DNA of 64,000 nucleotides from Escherichia coli (GTDB lineage Bacteria; Pseudomonadota; Gammaproteobacteria; Enterobacterales; Enterobacteriaceae): NCBI RefSeq assembly GCF_041886205.1, contig NZ_CP169029.1; one strand, 5' to 3'. Shown piece by piece: positions 10,655 to 23,194 of this stretch (position 1 is its first letter; each line of letters starts with the position of its first letter). The notes under the pieces were generated by a model. It saw only the letters and a program-made list of their open reading frames with translations, ran no database searches and was not told where the DNA came from. The position numbers and the translations under genes were made by a program.

Positions 10655-12733
10655 ATGTCACAGACACTTGCACTCCATCCCGTGAAAAAGCGGGATGCGA
10701 TTTTCCTTTGGGTTTTGCTGGGCTGGCTGGCATTTATCCTGTTGCCGAGCTGGAGCCTCGATTATGGCCTGCTGGAGTCCACGAGTGATGAGATCCTCGA
10801 GGCTTATGGCTGGTCGCATTTTAATATCAGCTGGCTGTGGTATTTGTTACCGAGTCTGTTGCTGGTTCGCCCGTTTCGTGAGGCCACACGCGAACAGCGT
10901 AGTCGTCATTATTTTGATGCCGGCTGGGCATTGCTCTGTATGGCGTTTATTGTCATCAGCGCCACCGTGGCTGGACGCGGCTTAGGCTACGCCGCCATTG
11001 TGCTGTTTGTTGAACTAGGCGCGATTATGACGCTGGCCTTAACCCGCCTCGAATGGCTGGGCGGCGACCGCTTTGTGATCGGCTCACTGATTGCGATTGT
11101 GGCGCTGATTGGCATTTTTATCGTCTGGCCGAGCATCGCCATTTTTATCCCGATGTTCACCAACGACGCGGGAGAGTTCGCCCCGCTGGCGTTTATGAAC
11201 GTGCTCTCGCAGGCACATATTGTGCAGGTGATCGTCAACTCTATCGTCTTATCGATAGCGGTGGGTATTGGCTGTACTTTCTTCGGTCTGGTGCTGGCGA
11301 TTTATACCACACGCATCGCCAAACGCAGCGCTATTATTGGCCGCATCTTTTCCATTCTGCCCATCGTTACGCCACCGTTTGTGGTCGGCTTAGGCGTGAC
11401 GCTCATGATGGGGCGCTCCGGTTACATAACGGAGTTTATGGTTGAGTGGTTTGGGCTAACCAACACCAACTGGCTGTATGGTTTTACCGGGATCTGGCTG
11501 GCGCAGGTTCTGGCATTCACGCCAATGGCTTTTATGATCCTCGACGGGGCCATTAAAACCATTCATCCCTCGCTGGAAGAGGCTTCTTACACCCTGCGCG
11601 CCAGCCGCTGGCAAACCTTTAACGGCGTGTTTGTGCCGTTGTTAAAGCCCGCGCTCGCCAATGCCTTTTTAATCGTTGTGGTGCAGTCACTGGCTGACTT
11701 CAGTAACCCGCTGGTGCTTGGCGGCAACTTCGACGTACTGGCGACGCAAATTTACTTCTACATTACCGGCTCGCAGCTGGATTATCAGGCTGCCAGCACC
11801 CTTGGCGCTTTCCTGCTGCTGTTCTCGCTACTGGTGTTCTGCGTCCAGTATATGTGGATTGGTAAACGCTCTTACGTCACGGTTTCCGGGAAGTCCTACC
11901 GCGGCGATGTCCAGCCACTACCGGTCACCCTGGTGTGGAGCGTGGTCGCCATACTTGCGATATGGATTGCCTTTAACGCCCTGCTCTATGGCAGCATTTT
12001 CTACGGCAGCTTCACCGTGAACTGGGGCGTGGACTACACCCTGACGCTGGATAACTTTATCAAGTTATTTGGTCAGGGGATGAGCGACGGCGCCTGGCCT
12101 TCACTGCTGGATACCCTGCTCTACGCCGGGATTGCCGCCCCCATTACCGCTATCTTTGGTCTGCTCATCGCCTGGGTAGTGGTGCGTCAACAATTCAAAG
12201 GCAAAAAGACCATCGAGTTCACCACCATGCTGTGCTTTGCCGTACCGGGTACGGTGGCGGGCGTTTCGTATATTCTCGCCTTTAATAGCGCCCCAGTCTA
12301 TCTCACCGGAACGGCGACAATTGTCATTATCTCGATGGTGATGCGTAACGTTCCGGTGGGTATTCGCGCCGGGATTGCGGGCCTGGGGCAGATCGACAAA
12401 TCGCTGGATGAAGCCTCACTCAGCCTGCGCGCGGGTTCATTGCGAACCATTACGCACATTTTGCTGCCGTTGCTGCGCCCGGCCATTCTCTCGGCCCTGA
12501 TTTACAGCTTTGTGCGGGCTATCACGACGGTCAGCGCCATCGTCTTTCTCGTCACGCCGGACACCCGCGTGGCAACCGCCTACATCCTTAACCGCGTAGA
12601 AGACGGCGAATATGGCGTAGCCATCGCCTACGGTTCGATTCTGATCGTGGTGATGCTGGCGATTATTTTCCTCTTTGACTGGCTGATCGGAGAAGCACGT
12701 ATTTCCCGTTCTAAAGCCAAAAACCAGGCGTAA
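10655..12733 (+). CDS. afuB: ABC transporter permease, fused two-domain AfuB/FbpB type
   Basis: 692-aa polytopic protein with duplicated permease halves. Confidence 0.75.
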   Translation: MSQTLALHPVKKRDAIFLWVLLGWLAFILLPSWSLDYGLLESTSDEILEAYGWSHFNISWLWYLLPSLLLVRPFREATREQRSRHYFDAGWALLCMAFIVISATVAGRGLGYAAIVLFVELGAIMTLALTRLEWLGGDRFVIGSLIAIVALIGIFIVWPSIAIFIPMFTNDAGEFAPLAFMNVLSQAHIVQVIVNSIVLSIAVGIGCTFFGLVLAIYTTRIAKRSAIIGRIFSILPIVTPPFVVGLGVTLMMGRSGYITEFMVEWFGLTNTNWLYGFTGIWLAQVLAFTPMAFMILDGAIKTIHPSLEEASYTLRASRWQTFNGVFVPLLKPALANAFLIVVVQSLADFSNPLVLGGNFDVLATQIYFYITGSQLDYQAASTLGAFLLLFSLLVFCVQYMWIGKRSYVTVSGKSYRGDVQPLPVTLVWSVVAILAIWIAFNALLYGSIFYGSFTVNWGVDYTLTLDNFIKLFGQGMSDGAWPSLLDTLLYAGIAAPITAIFGLLIAWVVVRQQFKGKKTIEFTTMLCFAVPGTVAGVSYILAFNSAPVYLTGTATIVIISMVMRNVPVGIRAGIAGLGQIDKSLDEASLSLRAGSLRTITHILLPLLRPAILSALIYSFVRAITTVSAIVFLVTPDTRVATAYILNRVEDGEYGVAIAYGSILIVVMLAIIFLFDWLIGEARISRSKAKNQA

Positions 12734-13791
12734 TGGAGCGCACTATGAGTCAGAAAAATTTTGTGGAACTGCGCAACGTCACTAAACGATTCGGCAGTAA
12801 TACGGTTATCGACAATATCAATCTCACCATCCCACAAGGGCAAATGGTGACGCTGCTCGGTCCTTCCGGATGCGGCAAAACCACCATTCTGCGTCTGGTT
12901 GCCGGGCTGGAAAAACCGGGCGAAGGGCAAATTTTTATAGACGGCGAAGATGTCACGCATCGTTCCATTCAGCAACGCGATATCTGCATGGTGTTTCAGT
13001 CATACGCTCTGTTCCCACATATGTCGCTGGGTGAAAACGTTGGCTACGGGCTGAAGATGCTTGGCGTGTCGCGTAGTGAAGTGAAGCAACGGGTGAAAAA
13101 GGCGCTGGCAATGGTGGATCTGGAAGGCTTCGAGGACCGCTATGTCGATCAGATTTCCGGTGGTCAGCAACAGCGTGTGGCACTGGCCCGCGCGTTGATC
13201 CTCAAGCCTAAAGTGCTGCTGTTTGATGAGCCGTTAAGTAACCTCGATGCCAACCTGCGTCGCAGCATGCGCGATAAAATCCGCGAGCTGCAAAAGCAAT
13301 TTAACATCACTTCGCTCTATGTGACTCACGATCAAAGTGAAGCTTTCGCGGTGTCCGACACTGTGCTGGTGATGAACAAAGGTCACATCATGCAAATTGG
13401 CTCGCCGCAGGATCTCTATCGTCAGCCCGCCTCCCGCTTTATGGCAAGTTTTATGGGCGACGCCAACCTGTTCCCAGCGAACTTTCGCGAAGAGTATGTC
13501 GATATCTACGGTTATCGCCTGCCGCGCGCGGCGCATTTCCCGGCGCAAGGTAGCGGCACCGTCGGCGTTCGCCCGGAAGCCATCACCTTAAGCAATCACG
13601 GCGAAGAGAGTCAGCGTTGTGTTATACGCCATGTCGCCTACATGGGGCCGCAGTACGAAGTGACCGTAGAGTGGCATGGTCAGGAGATTTTATTACAAGT
13701 CAACGCCACCCGTTTACAGCCCGATATTGGTGAGCACTATTACCTTGAAATCCATCCTTACGGGATGTTTGTTTTAGCGGATGCAGCATAA
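12733..13791 (+). CDS. afuC: ABC transporter ATP-binding protein AfuC/FbpC type
   Basis: Walker [10 protein letters not shown], signature [15 protein letters not shown], Walker B LLFDEP; C-terminal TOBE-like extension. Confidence 0.8.
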   Translation: MERTMSQKNFVELRNVTKRFGSNTVIDNINLTIPQGQMVTLLGPSGCGKTTILRLVAGLEKPGEGQIFIDGEDVTHRSIQQRDICMVFQSYALFPHMSLGENVGYGLKMLGVSRSEVKQRVKKALAMVDLEGFEDRYVDQISGGQQQRVALARALILKPKVLLFDEPLSNLDANLRRSMRDKIRELQKQFNITSLYVTHDQSEAFAVSDTVLVMNKGHIMQIGSPQDLYRQPASRFMASFMGDANLFPANFREEYVDIYGYRLPRAAHFPAQGSGTVGVRPEAITLSNHGEESQRCVIRHVAYMGPQYEVTVEWHGQEILLQVNATRLQPDIGEHYYLEIHPYGMFVLADAA

Positions 13792-14109
13792 ACATAGCGC
13801 ATAAACGGTCCCCTCTTACCCTGAGGGGACATCATCTGCTTACATTTCAGACATAATTATTTTCTGGTCCCCTGTTTTACAGAACAACATTTGGAAACAT
13901 TCTCAGGAAAATTACCAGCAATCATTCAGAAAAGTCATGATATAAATAAATCAATGGGGTATACCAGTATCAATATCGTACTCAAACTCATCAAATAGCT
14001 GTAATCAGATTATTTCTCTCCCACATTGTTGTACAACTCAACTTTAATAAAATTATTTTTGTTATAAAAAGCAGGAATATATCATTTATCAGTCATCGTC
14101 AGATATCAT

Positions 14110-14754
14110 TTACTTACCTGTATGATTGTTACTGTCAGGAAGAATAAGTTGCTGTGACTTAAGGCTGTCTGCAGGAACGTTCTTCTCTCCGTTAAAAACC
14201 ATAACGGGTTCATTATCTTCGTCTGTCAGCGGATTGAATGGCGGTATATTTTCAGTACGAATGCCGGTCAGCCACTGAAAAATACCTGCAAAATGACGGG
14301 CACTGATTTTTCTGCTGACGGACCGATGAGACATTATGTCACTGGCAGTAATAATCAGGGGAACGCTGTAGCCTCCTTGTATATGGCCATCATGATGAAC
14401 AGGATTAGCACTGTCGCTGACTGACAGTCCATGGTCAGAAAAGTAAAGCATGGCAAAATGACGGGAATGTCGGCGAAGGATACCATCAAGCTGCCCGAGA
14501 AAGTTATCCAGTTTACTGATGCTGGCGAGGTAACAGGCAATCTTCCGTGGGAACTGCTCCTGGTAATTATTCGGCCAGGAGTTAAGCCGGTCACACGGAT
14601 TCGGATGAGAACCCATCATGTGCAGGAAAATGACCTTCGGAGAGGATGTATCCGCCAGTGCACGTTCTGTTTCCTGTAACAACAGCATATCATCCGTTTT
14701 ACGGGAAGCAAAGCTGCCTTTCTTGAGGAAATGTAATGAACGCATCCCACTCAA
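14110..14754 (-). pseudogene. Fragment of a phosphoethanolamine transferase paralog (sulfatase domain only)
   Basis: Translation is homologous to the OpgE C-terminus at 2..556 (VIFLHMMGSHPNPCDR vs LIVLHLMGSHPQACDR; MLYFSDHGL vs LVYFSDHGL) but lacks the N-terminal membrane domain. Confidence 0.6.
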
Positions 14755-15144
14755 TTAAACACGGAGCAGTATGATGGTTAACAGGGAGAAATTGGCAGGT
14801 GTGGAGCCTCGCAGATTTCCGGCACCATAGTGCCCAATACGGGATACAAAAAGTTCCCTCAGACTGGAGACTCCTCAAATGAAATATACACTGGTTGAGG
14901 TTGACACCAAAACATATCAAGGTTGAGCGGATGTGTCAGGAGGAAGGTAAAAATTCTGAAAAATAACGGGAGGGACGTGCTACCCTGATGCCTCCGTTGT
15001 ATTCTTTTACGCTGCCGGCGCCCGTATTTTGTGCGGGTATCGAACAGGATCACCGCATGAGCCATTGCTGAGACGCTCACTTTTTTTCGCATGCATTACA
15101 GGAGTGATGGCTCAGTCGGTGATTTTGTTGAGGTGAGAGCCGAT

Positions 15145-15333
15145 ATGGGAAAACGATATAAAATAACTGCGACAATAACCAAGCCTGGTCATACACCGGC
15201 TCAGTGGCAGCGTTACCAGAACGAAAAAATGACACACGCCGAATGTGAAAAACTGTTTGCGCCCGCAAAAGAGCCCGGACGGTATATCAGTGTCCGGGTA
15301 GAGGACTTCCGGTGTGAAGAGGTGAAGGCCTGA
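15145..15333 (+). CDS. Small hypothetical protein (62 aa), paralog of 19787..19993
   Basis: MGKRYKITATITKPGHTPAQWQRYQNEKMTHAECEKLF...; strongly similar to the ORF at 19787..19993 and shares the upstream atgagccattgc leader. Confidence 0.4.
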   Translation: MGKRYKITATITKPGHTPAQWQRYQNEKMTHAECEKLFAPAKEPGRYISVRVEDFRCEEVKA

Positions 15334-15337
15334 TATG

Positions 15338-15367
15338 AAAATAAAAAACCTCCGGTTGAGCCGGAGG
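15338..15367. terminator. Terminator-like hairpin
   Basis: A-run, then stem cctccgg / ccggagg around loop ttgag; the U-run is on the minus-strand side. Confidence 0.35.
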
Positions 15368-16803
15368 TGGCAAGAATATATTCGAAGTCTGTATCTGTGT
15401 GAAGAATTTATTAATCTGTTTCTGTGGTTTAATCCACTGCTGATTTATCTAATATATGAGGTATAAAATCAACAGACAGCTTGTATTTTTGTGATCGATA
15501 TTGAAAAAAATAATGTTTTCCAGGATACATTGTTTTCAGTACCAATACCATAACGTACGAGAAAAATCAGTGACAGTCGGGCTGGAATGCCGGATAATAT
15601 TTCTGTCCGGTTTTTCGCCGGAGCATTGATGAAATCATTTCTCTTGCCATTGAGAACATTTCTCAGCCGGGCGTGAAAGCCCGGTTTTTTTGCTATTCCC
15701 GACCGTAAATGTACAGTCATGTTACTATTATCTGTAATTAGTCCGGTTTTCCTTTAACAAAAGACGGACAGCGGGTGTTCACTGCGTGTTATATCAGAAA
15801 CCTTAATAATCTGTTACCGGTTCTGAAATGGTAGTGGTACGTGACGCCAGCAATCATCCACACGGAGGCTTCCTGTAAATATAAATAATGGTTTAATACA
15901 GCAACACTGCAGATGACTTCTGAACTGAAAACGGCTACATTACACCATTGAACATAGAATGAAAAGCCAGGTACACGCTCCGTTACACTAAACTGCCCCC
16001 AAGTTATATCAATATGTTCTATTTATAAGTAGAATTTTTTATAACGCAAAACAATATGTATTGCTGACAGGCCGAAAATAACTTCTGTTTATTTGACCTT
16101 AATCAAAATGCGAGAGCAAAATTATTACAATATATATTAAATAGAAAAGAGCGAGTCAAATGTTCAGTCAGGCTGAACACATAATATTAAAACTTTCTTT
16201 TTGTCATTGGTTACTATGTGCGGACGATCTCTGTATATTGCCAGCTACTGTGGGATATCTAAAGGAAAATGCCTGATAAAATATACCGGCAACTGAACTG
16301 AATTAAGCGTTATCCTGTATATATATCTTTTTATACCGTCCACCTGTCATGCAGGAATAATAGTGCGGGCTTGGTACTGTGCATTGTTCCGCATGCTCAT
16401 TACGGTATGCGATTTATATGGAATCCTGTTCCATGGGGCACTGAAGATTTTACTGGCAGATTCCCCTAACCTGCTGCGTTGTCAGCGCCAGTTTCATTAT
16501 TTGTCTTCCAACTATATATTACGGAGAACATGTTTCTGTGGTACTGATAAATGGTTTCAGTCTTTCCAATAACGAGTTTTATACTCCGGGGAGGGAGTTT
16601 GACTTCCATGGCTGTAACAGCTACCGGGATGGCATTTCAGACTATAAAGATTTTATTTTATATGTGAGGCACAAGGGCAAGCACCGATAATATAAATAAT
16701 TTAAATGTAAACAGATAATAAACAGGCCAATAATGTGATCAAAAGGCTTTATCAGATTCTGACATGGCATAGTATCTCATAATCAGGTAAAAAGGAGTGG
16801 CTG

Positions 16804-17089
16804 ATGAATAAGGCTTTCAACATTGTAAATCACACTGAAATGTCAGTAGTGATTTCAGAACTGAACAGAAAAAGAGGTCGATCTCCCAGACAGTTCAGAC
16901 GATCGGTGCTGGCAGGGTTGATTGCTGGTATTCTGCTGCCAGCAATGCCAGTTCTGGCGGAAGACTATAAAGATGTAGTTCTGGTTCCATGGTTCTGAAT
17001 GAAGGTGATACGGCAACAGGTACAACTATTAATAATAAAGGAAAGCAACACGTCAACAGTGGAAGTAGTGCCACCAATACCACTATAAA
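16804..17089 (+). pseudogene. 5' fragment of an autotransporter gene (extended signal peptide region), truncated by ISEc8
   Basis: MNKAFNIVNHTEMSVVISELNRKRG... followed by hydrophobic core matches the ESPR pattern of autotransporters; a frameshift then passenger-like TATGTTINNKGKQHVNSGSSATNTTI runs into the IS end at 17090. Confidence 0.45.
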
Positions 17090-17126
17090 GTAAGCGTACA
17101 GCGAGGGCCGTATTGACGGGGATGTG

Positions 17127-18665
17127 TTATTCAGCTGGCAGTGCTATGCGCCACGGAAGCAGTTCGCTGACCCGGTTGACCGGCCAGTCTGCTATGACGC
17201 CAAGCACATGGCGAAGGTAGCTTTCTGGATCCACGTCATTCAGTTTGCACGTCCCGATCAGGCTGTACAGTAGCGCTCCCCGCTCACCACCATGGTCAGA
17301 GCCGAAGAACAGGAAGTTTTTACGACCCAGACTGACCGCCCGCAGGGCATTTTCAGCGATGTTGTTGTCGATTTCCACCCAGCCATCGTTCGCATAGTAC
17401 GTCAGTGCCGGCCACTGGTTAAGTGCGTACGCGAACGCCTTCGCCAACTCTGAGTGTCGCGACAGGGTCTTCATCTTTTCACGCAACCAGCTTTCCAGGG
17501 ATTTCAACAGCGGTTTCGTTTTTCGCTGACGTTCAGCAAGCCGCTGCTCTGCCGGCATTCCCCTTATATCCGCCTCTATGGCGTACAACTGACCGATCTG
17601 CTCCAGGGCTTCTTCCGTCAGTGCTGACGGGATGCGGACGTGCACATCGTGGATCTTTCGGCGGGCATGAGCCCAGCAGGCAGCTTCCGTTATCCGACCA
17701 TTGCGATACAGCTCGTTGAACCCGGCGTACGCATCCGCTTGCAGCACACCGCTGAAGCAAGCAAGATGAGTCTGCGGATGGATGCCTTTCCTGTCCGGGC
17801 TGTAAGCGAACCACACTGCAGGTGCCAACGCTGACCCGGCATTGCGGTCATCACGAACATACGCCCACAACCGCCCGGTCTTCGTCTTCTTATTACCCGG
17901 CAGCAGTACCTGGACCGGGGTATCATCGGCATGGAGTTTGCCGTCAGTCATGACATAGCCATGAAGCGCCTCTTCCAGCGGAGACAGCAGCCGGCAGCAT
18001 GCATCCACCCAGCCCGACAGCAGTGAACGGCTCAGCTCCACACCTTGCCGGCCGTATATTTCTGACTGGCGATACAGCGGGGTGTGCTCTGCATACTTCG
18101 AGGTCAGCACGCGGGCCAGCAGCCCCGGTCCGGCGATACCCCGCTCGATGGGCCGCGAAGGTGCAGGTGCCTGCACGATGGCATCGCACTGAGTACAGGC
18201 ATGTTTTTCCCGTACCGTCCGGATAACCCGGAAGGCGCTACGCATCAACTCCAGCTGTTCGGCGGTATCCTCGCCCAGATAGCTCAGTGAACCGCCGCAG
18301 TTCGGGCAGCACGGCGCCGCAGGCAACAGTCGCTTTTCGTCACGGGGTAGTGATTCAGGGAACGGCTTACGGGTGCGGGTCTGACGCAACGGACGCTGTA
18401 CTGCCGGGTCATACACCCTACCAGTCAGCGTATCGCTCTCTTTCTGAAGCCGGTTCAGATCGGCTTCCATTTGTGCGATACGGCGGGAGACTTTTTCGGA
18501 ACGACTGCCGAAGTTCATCCGGCGGAGTTTATCCAGCTGCGCCTGCAGATGGTCTATTTCGCGCTCCCGGTTGCTCAGCTTTTCCTGCAGGGCGTGGATC
18601 AGCGCTTCCTGTTCGGCCAGGCGCTGTTTCAGCAGGAAGATGTCGTCAGAAGAGATGTCGTTCAT
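17127..18665 (-). CDS. tnpC: IS66-family transposase TnpC
   Basis: 512 aa with leucine zipper, zinc finger CPNCGG and DDE region. Confidence 0.9.
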   Translation of the reverse strand: MNDISSDDIFLLKQRLAEQEALIHALQEKLSNREREIDHLQAQLDKLRRMNFGSRSEKVSRRIAQMEADLNRLQKESDTLTGRVYDPAVQRPLRQTRTRKPFPESLPRDEKRLLPAAPCCPNCGGSLSYLGEDTAEQLELMRSAFRVIRTVREKHACTQCDAIVQAPAPSRPIERGIAGPGLLARVLTSKYAEHTPLYRQSEIYGRQGVELSRSLLSGWVDACCRLLSPLEEALHGYVMTDGKLHADDTPVQVLLPGNKKTKTGRLWAYVRDDRNAGSALAPAVWFAYSPDRKGIHPQTHLACFSGVLQADAYAGFNELYRNGRITEAACWAHARRKIHDVHVRIPSALTEEALEQIGQLYAIEADIRGMPAEQRLAERQRKTKPLLKSLESWLREKMKTLSRHSELAKAFAYALNQWPALTYYANDGWVEIDNNIAENALRAVSLGRKNFLFFGSDHGGERGALLYSLIGTCKLNDVDPESYLRHVLGVIADWPVNRVSELLPWRIALPAE

Positions 18666-18714
18666 AAGCCCGTATTTTACCGGGCTTATTCTGTGACAAC
18701 CAGGATAAAGAGAT

Positions 18715-19062
18715 TTACAGCATGGTCAGGGAGGTCAGCAGCCGCTTAGGCTGTCGCCAGTCGATACCTTCCAGCAGCATCGCCAGCTGCGCCTGCGTAA
18801 GGAACACTTTGCCATCACGGGCTGACGGCCAGGCGAAGCGCCCACGCTCCAGCCGTTTGGTCAGGAGGCACAGCCCGTCACCGGTGGACCACAGCAGTTT
18901 AACCTGACTGCCGCTGCGGCCCCGGAAAATGAAAACATGGCCGGACATGGGATCGTCTTTCAGCGCCGTCTGTACTTTCGCAGCCAGGCCGTTGAAGCCA
19001 TTTCTCATATCGGTGATACCGGCAACCAGCCAAATTTTGGTCCCGGAAGGTAACGGGATCAT
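18715..19062 (-). CDS. tnpB: IS66-family accessory protein TnpB
   Basis: 115 aa [27 protein letters not shown]... Confidence 0.9.
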   Translation of the reverse strand: MIPLPSGTKIWLVAGITDMRNGFNGLAAKVQTALKDDPMSGHVFIFRGRSGSQVKLLWSTGDGLCLLTKRLERGRFAWPSARDGKVFLTQAQLAMLLEGIDWRQPKRLLTSLTML

Positions 19063-19460
19063 CGCTTCAGTTCCTGTATCAGCAGAGTCAGGAGCTTTTC
19101 GCTGACATTGCCATTGAAGCGGAGCGTCCCGTGCCGGAACGTTACCTCACAGCTGATACTGAGGGTTTCCGGGTCCTCTGCGAGCGATTCTGGCTGTTCG
19201 GCAGCGGCATCGAGAGTCACAGGAAGTAGCTGGGGGCTCTCTGAAGAAGGTAATAGCAGCTTTCCCTCGCGCCATTGTTGTCGCCATTTGAACAACAGAT
19301 TGGCGTTAATGCCATTTTCAAGAGCAAGTTTTGAGATGGATATCCCGGGTTCACAGGAGGCAGCAACGAGCTGCTGTTTAAATTCGGGAGGATAATTAGG
19401 GCAGCCTTTTCGCCTGCCGGGAGTCACATTTTTCTGCATATCTGACACTTTGGTTCCCAC
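19059..19460 (-). CDS. tnpA: IS66-family accessory protein TnpA (HTH)
   Basis: 133 aa with HTH_Tnp_1-like motif; overlaps tnpB start. Confidence 0.85.
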   Translation of the reverse strand: MGTKVSDMQKNVTPGRRKGCPNYPPEFKQQLVAASCEPGISISKLALENGINANLLFKWRQQWREGKLLLPSSESPQLLPVTLDAAAEQPESLAEDPETLSISCEVTFRHGTLRFNGNVSEKLLTLLIQELKR

Positions 19461-19786
19461 TACTTATTTGGTGGACACCACTTTGTCTAATTCGTCAGAT
19501 TCTGACCAGACGGTTCAGGCTGTACGCTTACAGATATCGGGGTTCATGACCGGAGGGCTGTTAAAGTTGTGCAGTGTGCTGAGCGGGACTGTTGTCAGTA
19601 TTGTGCTGATGTTGTTTAATGGAAAAGTTATTTGATATGCTTATCCACTGATGATGACATTATTCCTGCGGGGGCGGGGATTTTTCAGAGTGTCATCACA
19701 TGAGCCATTGCGGTACTGTTGACTGTTTTGCGTCTGTTTTACGGGGATGGCTCAGCGACAGCGCTGTAATCCGGTGACGAAATAAT

Positions 19787-19993
19787 ATGGTTGTTCGCTA
19801 TAAAATTACTGCAACGATAATCAGGCCCGGAGGTCTGCCGGTGCAGTGGATACGTTATTCTGACCATAAAATGACAGTAACAGAATGCGAAAAGATGTTT
19901 TCCCCACCTAAAGAGCCAGGGCGTTCTTTTGGTGACAGGGCCAGAGTGAAAGATTTTTGTTGTAATGCCATAGCGGACAGAGAAGAACAGTGA
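19787..19993 (+). CDS. Small hypothetical protein (68 aa), paralog of 15145..15333
   Basis: MVVRYKITATIIRPGGLPVQWIRYSDHKMTVTECEKMF...; conserved upstream leader. Confidence 0.4.
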   Translation: MVVRYKITATIIRPGGLPVQWIRYSDHKMTVTECEKMFSPPKEPGRSFGDRARVKDFCCNAIADREEQ

Positions 19994-20965
19994 TAACTGT
20001 AAGGCAATTTAATACCTGTACTGTCTGAATCGTTCCCCCGCAAATCACACACGTTATTTACATGCAACGTGTTGTGATTTTCATTATTGCATTGTTTTGT
20101 GATATATTTCACAGCATCAACAAGACATTCAGGTATCAAATTATCCGGCATATTCACACCATATAACAACAGGCGGTGATAAACCGTCCTTCTCCGGCTG
20201 AAGTCATTGCCCGCATATATCGCGGGCTTTTTTATTCAGAACCGGTCAATTATTGTTAAAATAAGTCATATCATAAATCAGGTACAGCCATGATGATGAC
20301 TAAGGTGTCTGTCGTTATTATGAATATAACGGTTTTCCCGGAAGGCTTTTTACGGGCAATCCTTCCCTCTCCCACTCTGTACGGGGATTTTTGTGCACTG
20401 GCTCATATTTTTGTTTTGTCAGTATGCTCTAAAATCTTATGGCCCACAAACAAGTATAATTATTCTAATTCCACAGGTAGCATATTTAGCCCACATCCTG
20501 TGTGGGCTTCTGTTTTCCGTCAGTGAAAAACGGGATGTTTTACAATGAAAACAGTGGTACCTGCAGAATAAAATGTCGCCATATACTGAAACATAAAACA
20601 TTACTATCCCCTCTCCGTTGCTGACACTCTCCTTACGACTCCAGAAACATGATCTGCATCGCTGCCGGTACAGTTTTCCTGTGGCACATTTCATCTGTGC
20701 AGGCATATATCGCTATGACATAGTTGATTCAGCTTTGGGGGAGGTGATGGTTCCCCCATTTTTTTGTTATTCCCGTTTCGGACGTGCTTTATACGCCAGT
20801 ATGTTCACAGGGAACCATCGCATTAGCCTGCCCCCCGGATTGCAGAAACAGGCGGAGGAATGTCCGGTAAACTGGCCTGCGAAAGTCGTGCTGATGATGA
20901 CATTTTTGATGAGGTAACAAAGTGGTATTAACTGTTGAGGTAACATGTCAGGCAGAGTGTCTGGT

Positions 20966-21700
20966 CTAATAACCATCATTCACAATTTCCCTGCCATGTT
21001 GTTTTAACCACTGGCAGGGAGTCACTGAGTAGTATTTCCTGAAACTTAAAATAAAATACGACAGGCTGTTGTAACCACATGCCCTGGATACCACATATAT
21101 GTTACTGTTCCTGCATCTCATCAGATTTATTGCTTTTTTCATACGCACGTCTGTGATTATCCGGCTGAACCCTGTCCCTTCACTGTGTAGTTTCCTTTTA
21201 AGCTGACTGCTGCTTATGCATAACGCTGATGCAACATCTGACAGATACCATTTCTTTGCCGGCTCTGCGGCAACAATAACTTCAACACGTAACGAGTAGC
21301 TGTTCAGCCCACCGGACAATACAGGCAGCAACTGGTTTTTATCATTAAGATAATCCAGCAACACAAACAATACAGATTCATAAAGATGAGCATTCCCCTG
21401 TTGTTCCACGAGGGGCATCAGCGAGTTCAGGAAGGTACCATACACTTTCTTCCTGAAATAAGAATTTTTTCTGACGGCGATACGCAAAGCATCAGCATCC
21501 CTCAGTCTGATATACAGATAGTCACTGACGATATGACAGGGTATATCAATAAACCTTACTCCGCTCTCACACGCATCCATAAAGCATGAAATGTCATTTC
21601 TTTTTATGAGAAGGATTTCATTCTTATGAAAATCAACTTCCTCATTATGAAATGAAACACAGAGCGGCCTTAACGTGATGGCGAAGCAATACGGGAACAT
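20966..21700 (-). CDS. AraC/XylS-family transcriptional regulator (Rns/AggR-like size)
   Basis: C-terminal double HTH region ...SSQLKRKLHSEGTGFSRIITDVRMKKAINLM...SRACGYNSLSYFILSFRKYYSVTP; ATG start; AT-rich gene. Confidence 0.75.
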   Translation of the reverse strand: MFPYCFAITLRPLCVSFHNEEVDFHKNEILLIKRNDISCFMDACESGVRFIDIPCHIVSDYLYIRLRDADALRIAVRKNSYFRKKVYGTFLNSLMPLVEQQGNAHLYESVLFVLLDYLNDKNQLLPVLSGGLNSYSLRVEVIVAAEPAKKWYLSDVASALCISSSQLKRKLHSEGTGFSRIITDVRMKKAINLMRCRNSNIYVVSRACGYNSLSYFILSFRKYYSVTPCQWLKQHGREIVNDGY

Positions 21701-23194
21701 ACACTACAGGTGTAATTTATGAATACATTATGTTATGTGTGGATGCCTTACATAACATACGATCCGGTTATATTTATTCTGATAATATGTGGCACACCTG
21801 TCATCTGTGATAATATTAATGTATTGTAAACCTCATACTAATGATGACCGGGAGCAGACTGTATCCTGGTTATCATCAGGGCACATAAATGCTGCCAGCA
21901 ACCTTCGGCAGGCTTACATTGTCTGTAATCACACTCTCCGGCCCCTTTTCAGGACAAGAGTGAATTCGCCACACATTTATCCAGAACCCTGCGAGTCACT
22001 CCCGCTGCCCGTGAGTGACTGTGAAATCCTCAGTCAGTTCAGTTTAAACCGTTATTAATTATTCACAGCTATCACTATATTTCGGTGGGCTTTTCATTTT
22101 TGTGAATAACTGTTTCTCCATTTTATCTTCGGATTTCACTAAATCATCAGCGAGCTTTATCTGTTTGTATATCACATTTCCGTCACACCGGAATAAACTC
22201 ATATAAACATACCGCGACAATTCGTAATCGCTGCCCCCTGTTATTCAGCCCTCCATCTTTCAGCATAACCTGTATGAGAATCATCTTTTGTGAGTGAAAA
22301 CCGGACTTGCCAGACGGCAACAACAATAAGGAACTCACCCATTATATTAAACGCTTCATGCCCCCTTCAGTCCGGAATCACGAGAAATACATCAGCCAAT
22401 AAAATTATACCTTTTTCTTATTGCATTAAATATATGGCCATATATTAAAATCCGGACAGTCTTCTCCGGAATATTACATATCTGATAATGTCAGTTTCTT
22501 ATACCTGATGGCTGGTCATATTCTGTATGTTATTTCAGTACACATCGACAAACAACAAACTGTTTGCCGCCCGATAAATCCGGATGATATAGTAAACTAA
22601 AGAAAATGGAAGAAATAAAAGTGCGAAAATGTTCACACTTTTATAATTAAGATACCAGAAATTATCATTCAGCTGTCAATTTCTTTGAAAAACGCCGGTA
22701 ATCACCAGTCTTTACTGACAGAACCGATATGTTCCGAATGCCGGTGTTCCCTCGAGCTTCAGCAACAGCTTTCCTGTATGGCTGTGGTTTTGGTTACGTA
22801 GCCATGATACCTGAAACCATGCGCTATTCATAGATTAATAACAACTGTAATAATAGCCGGATTTTGTGTCACAGTTACGGAAGACTGCCAGAAAATACTG
22901 AGTACAGACCGGAGGAATATAATTATTCAGAATATATTCTGCTGCAGAACATCCTGTTATATCAGATGTAAATATCTGCAGAATTATACCAATATATTAT
23001 ACAGAACAGAATAAATCACATAATTTTATCCGGAATTTGCCCCCCTTAATGACTGCATTTTACTGACACATTAATATACTGCCGTTTTATTTTACATTTT
23101 AAAAACCATGCCTCAGTATAATATATGAATTAAGTCTGTTTTATACAAAACAGCCAGAGACAAGTAATCACTTATCTCCGGCTGTACCACAAAA

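Larger units (their letters stand above)
17090..19531 (-). mobile_element. ISEc8-like insertion sequence (IS66 family), complete, 2442 bp
   Basis: Terminal inverted repeats gtaagcgtacagc... at 17090 and ...gctgtacgcttac ending at 19531; three-gene tnpA-tnpB-tnpC organisation; no matching 8-bp target duplication. Confidence 0.85.

Noticed and set aside
17423-18749. Several 60-130 aa plus-strand ORFs within ISEc8
   Set aside because: Antisense to tnpC and tnpB.
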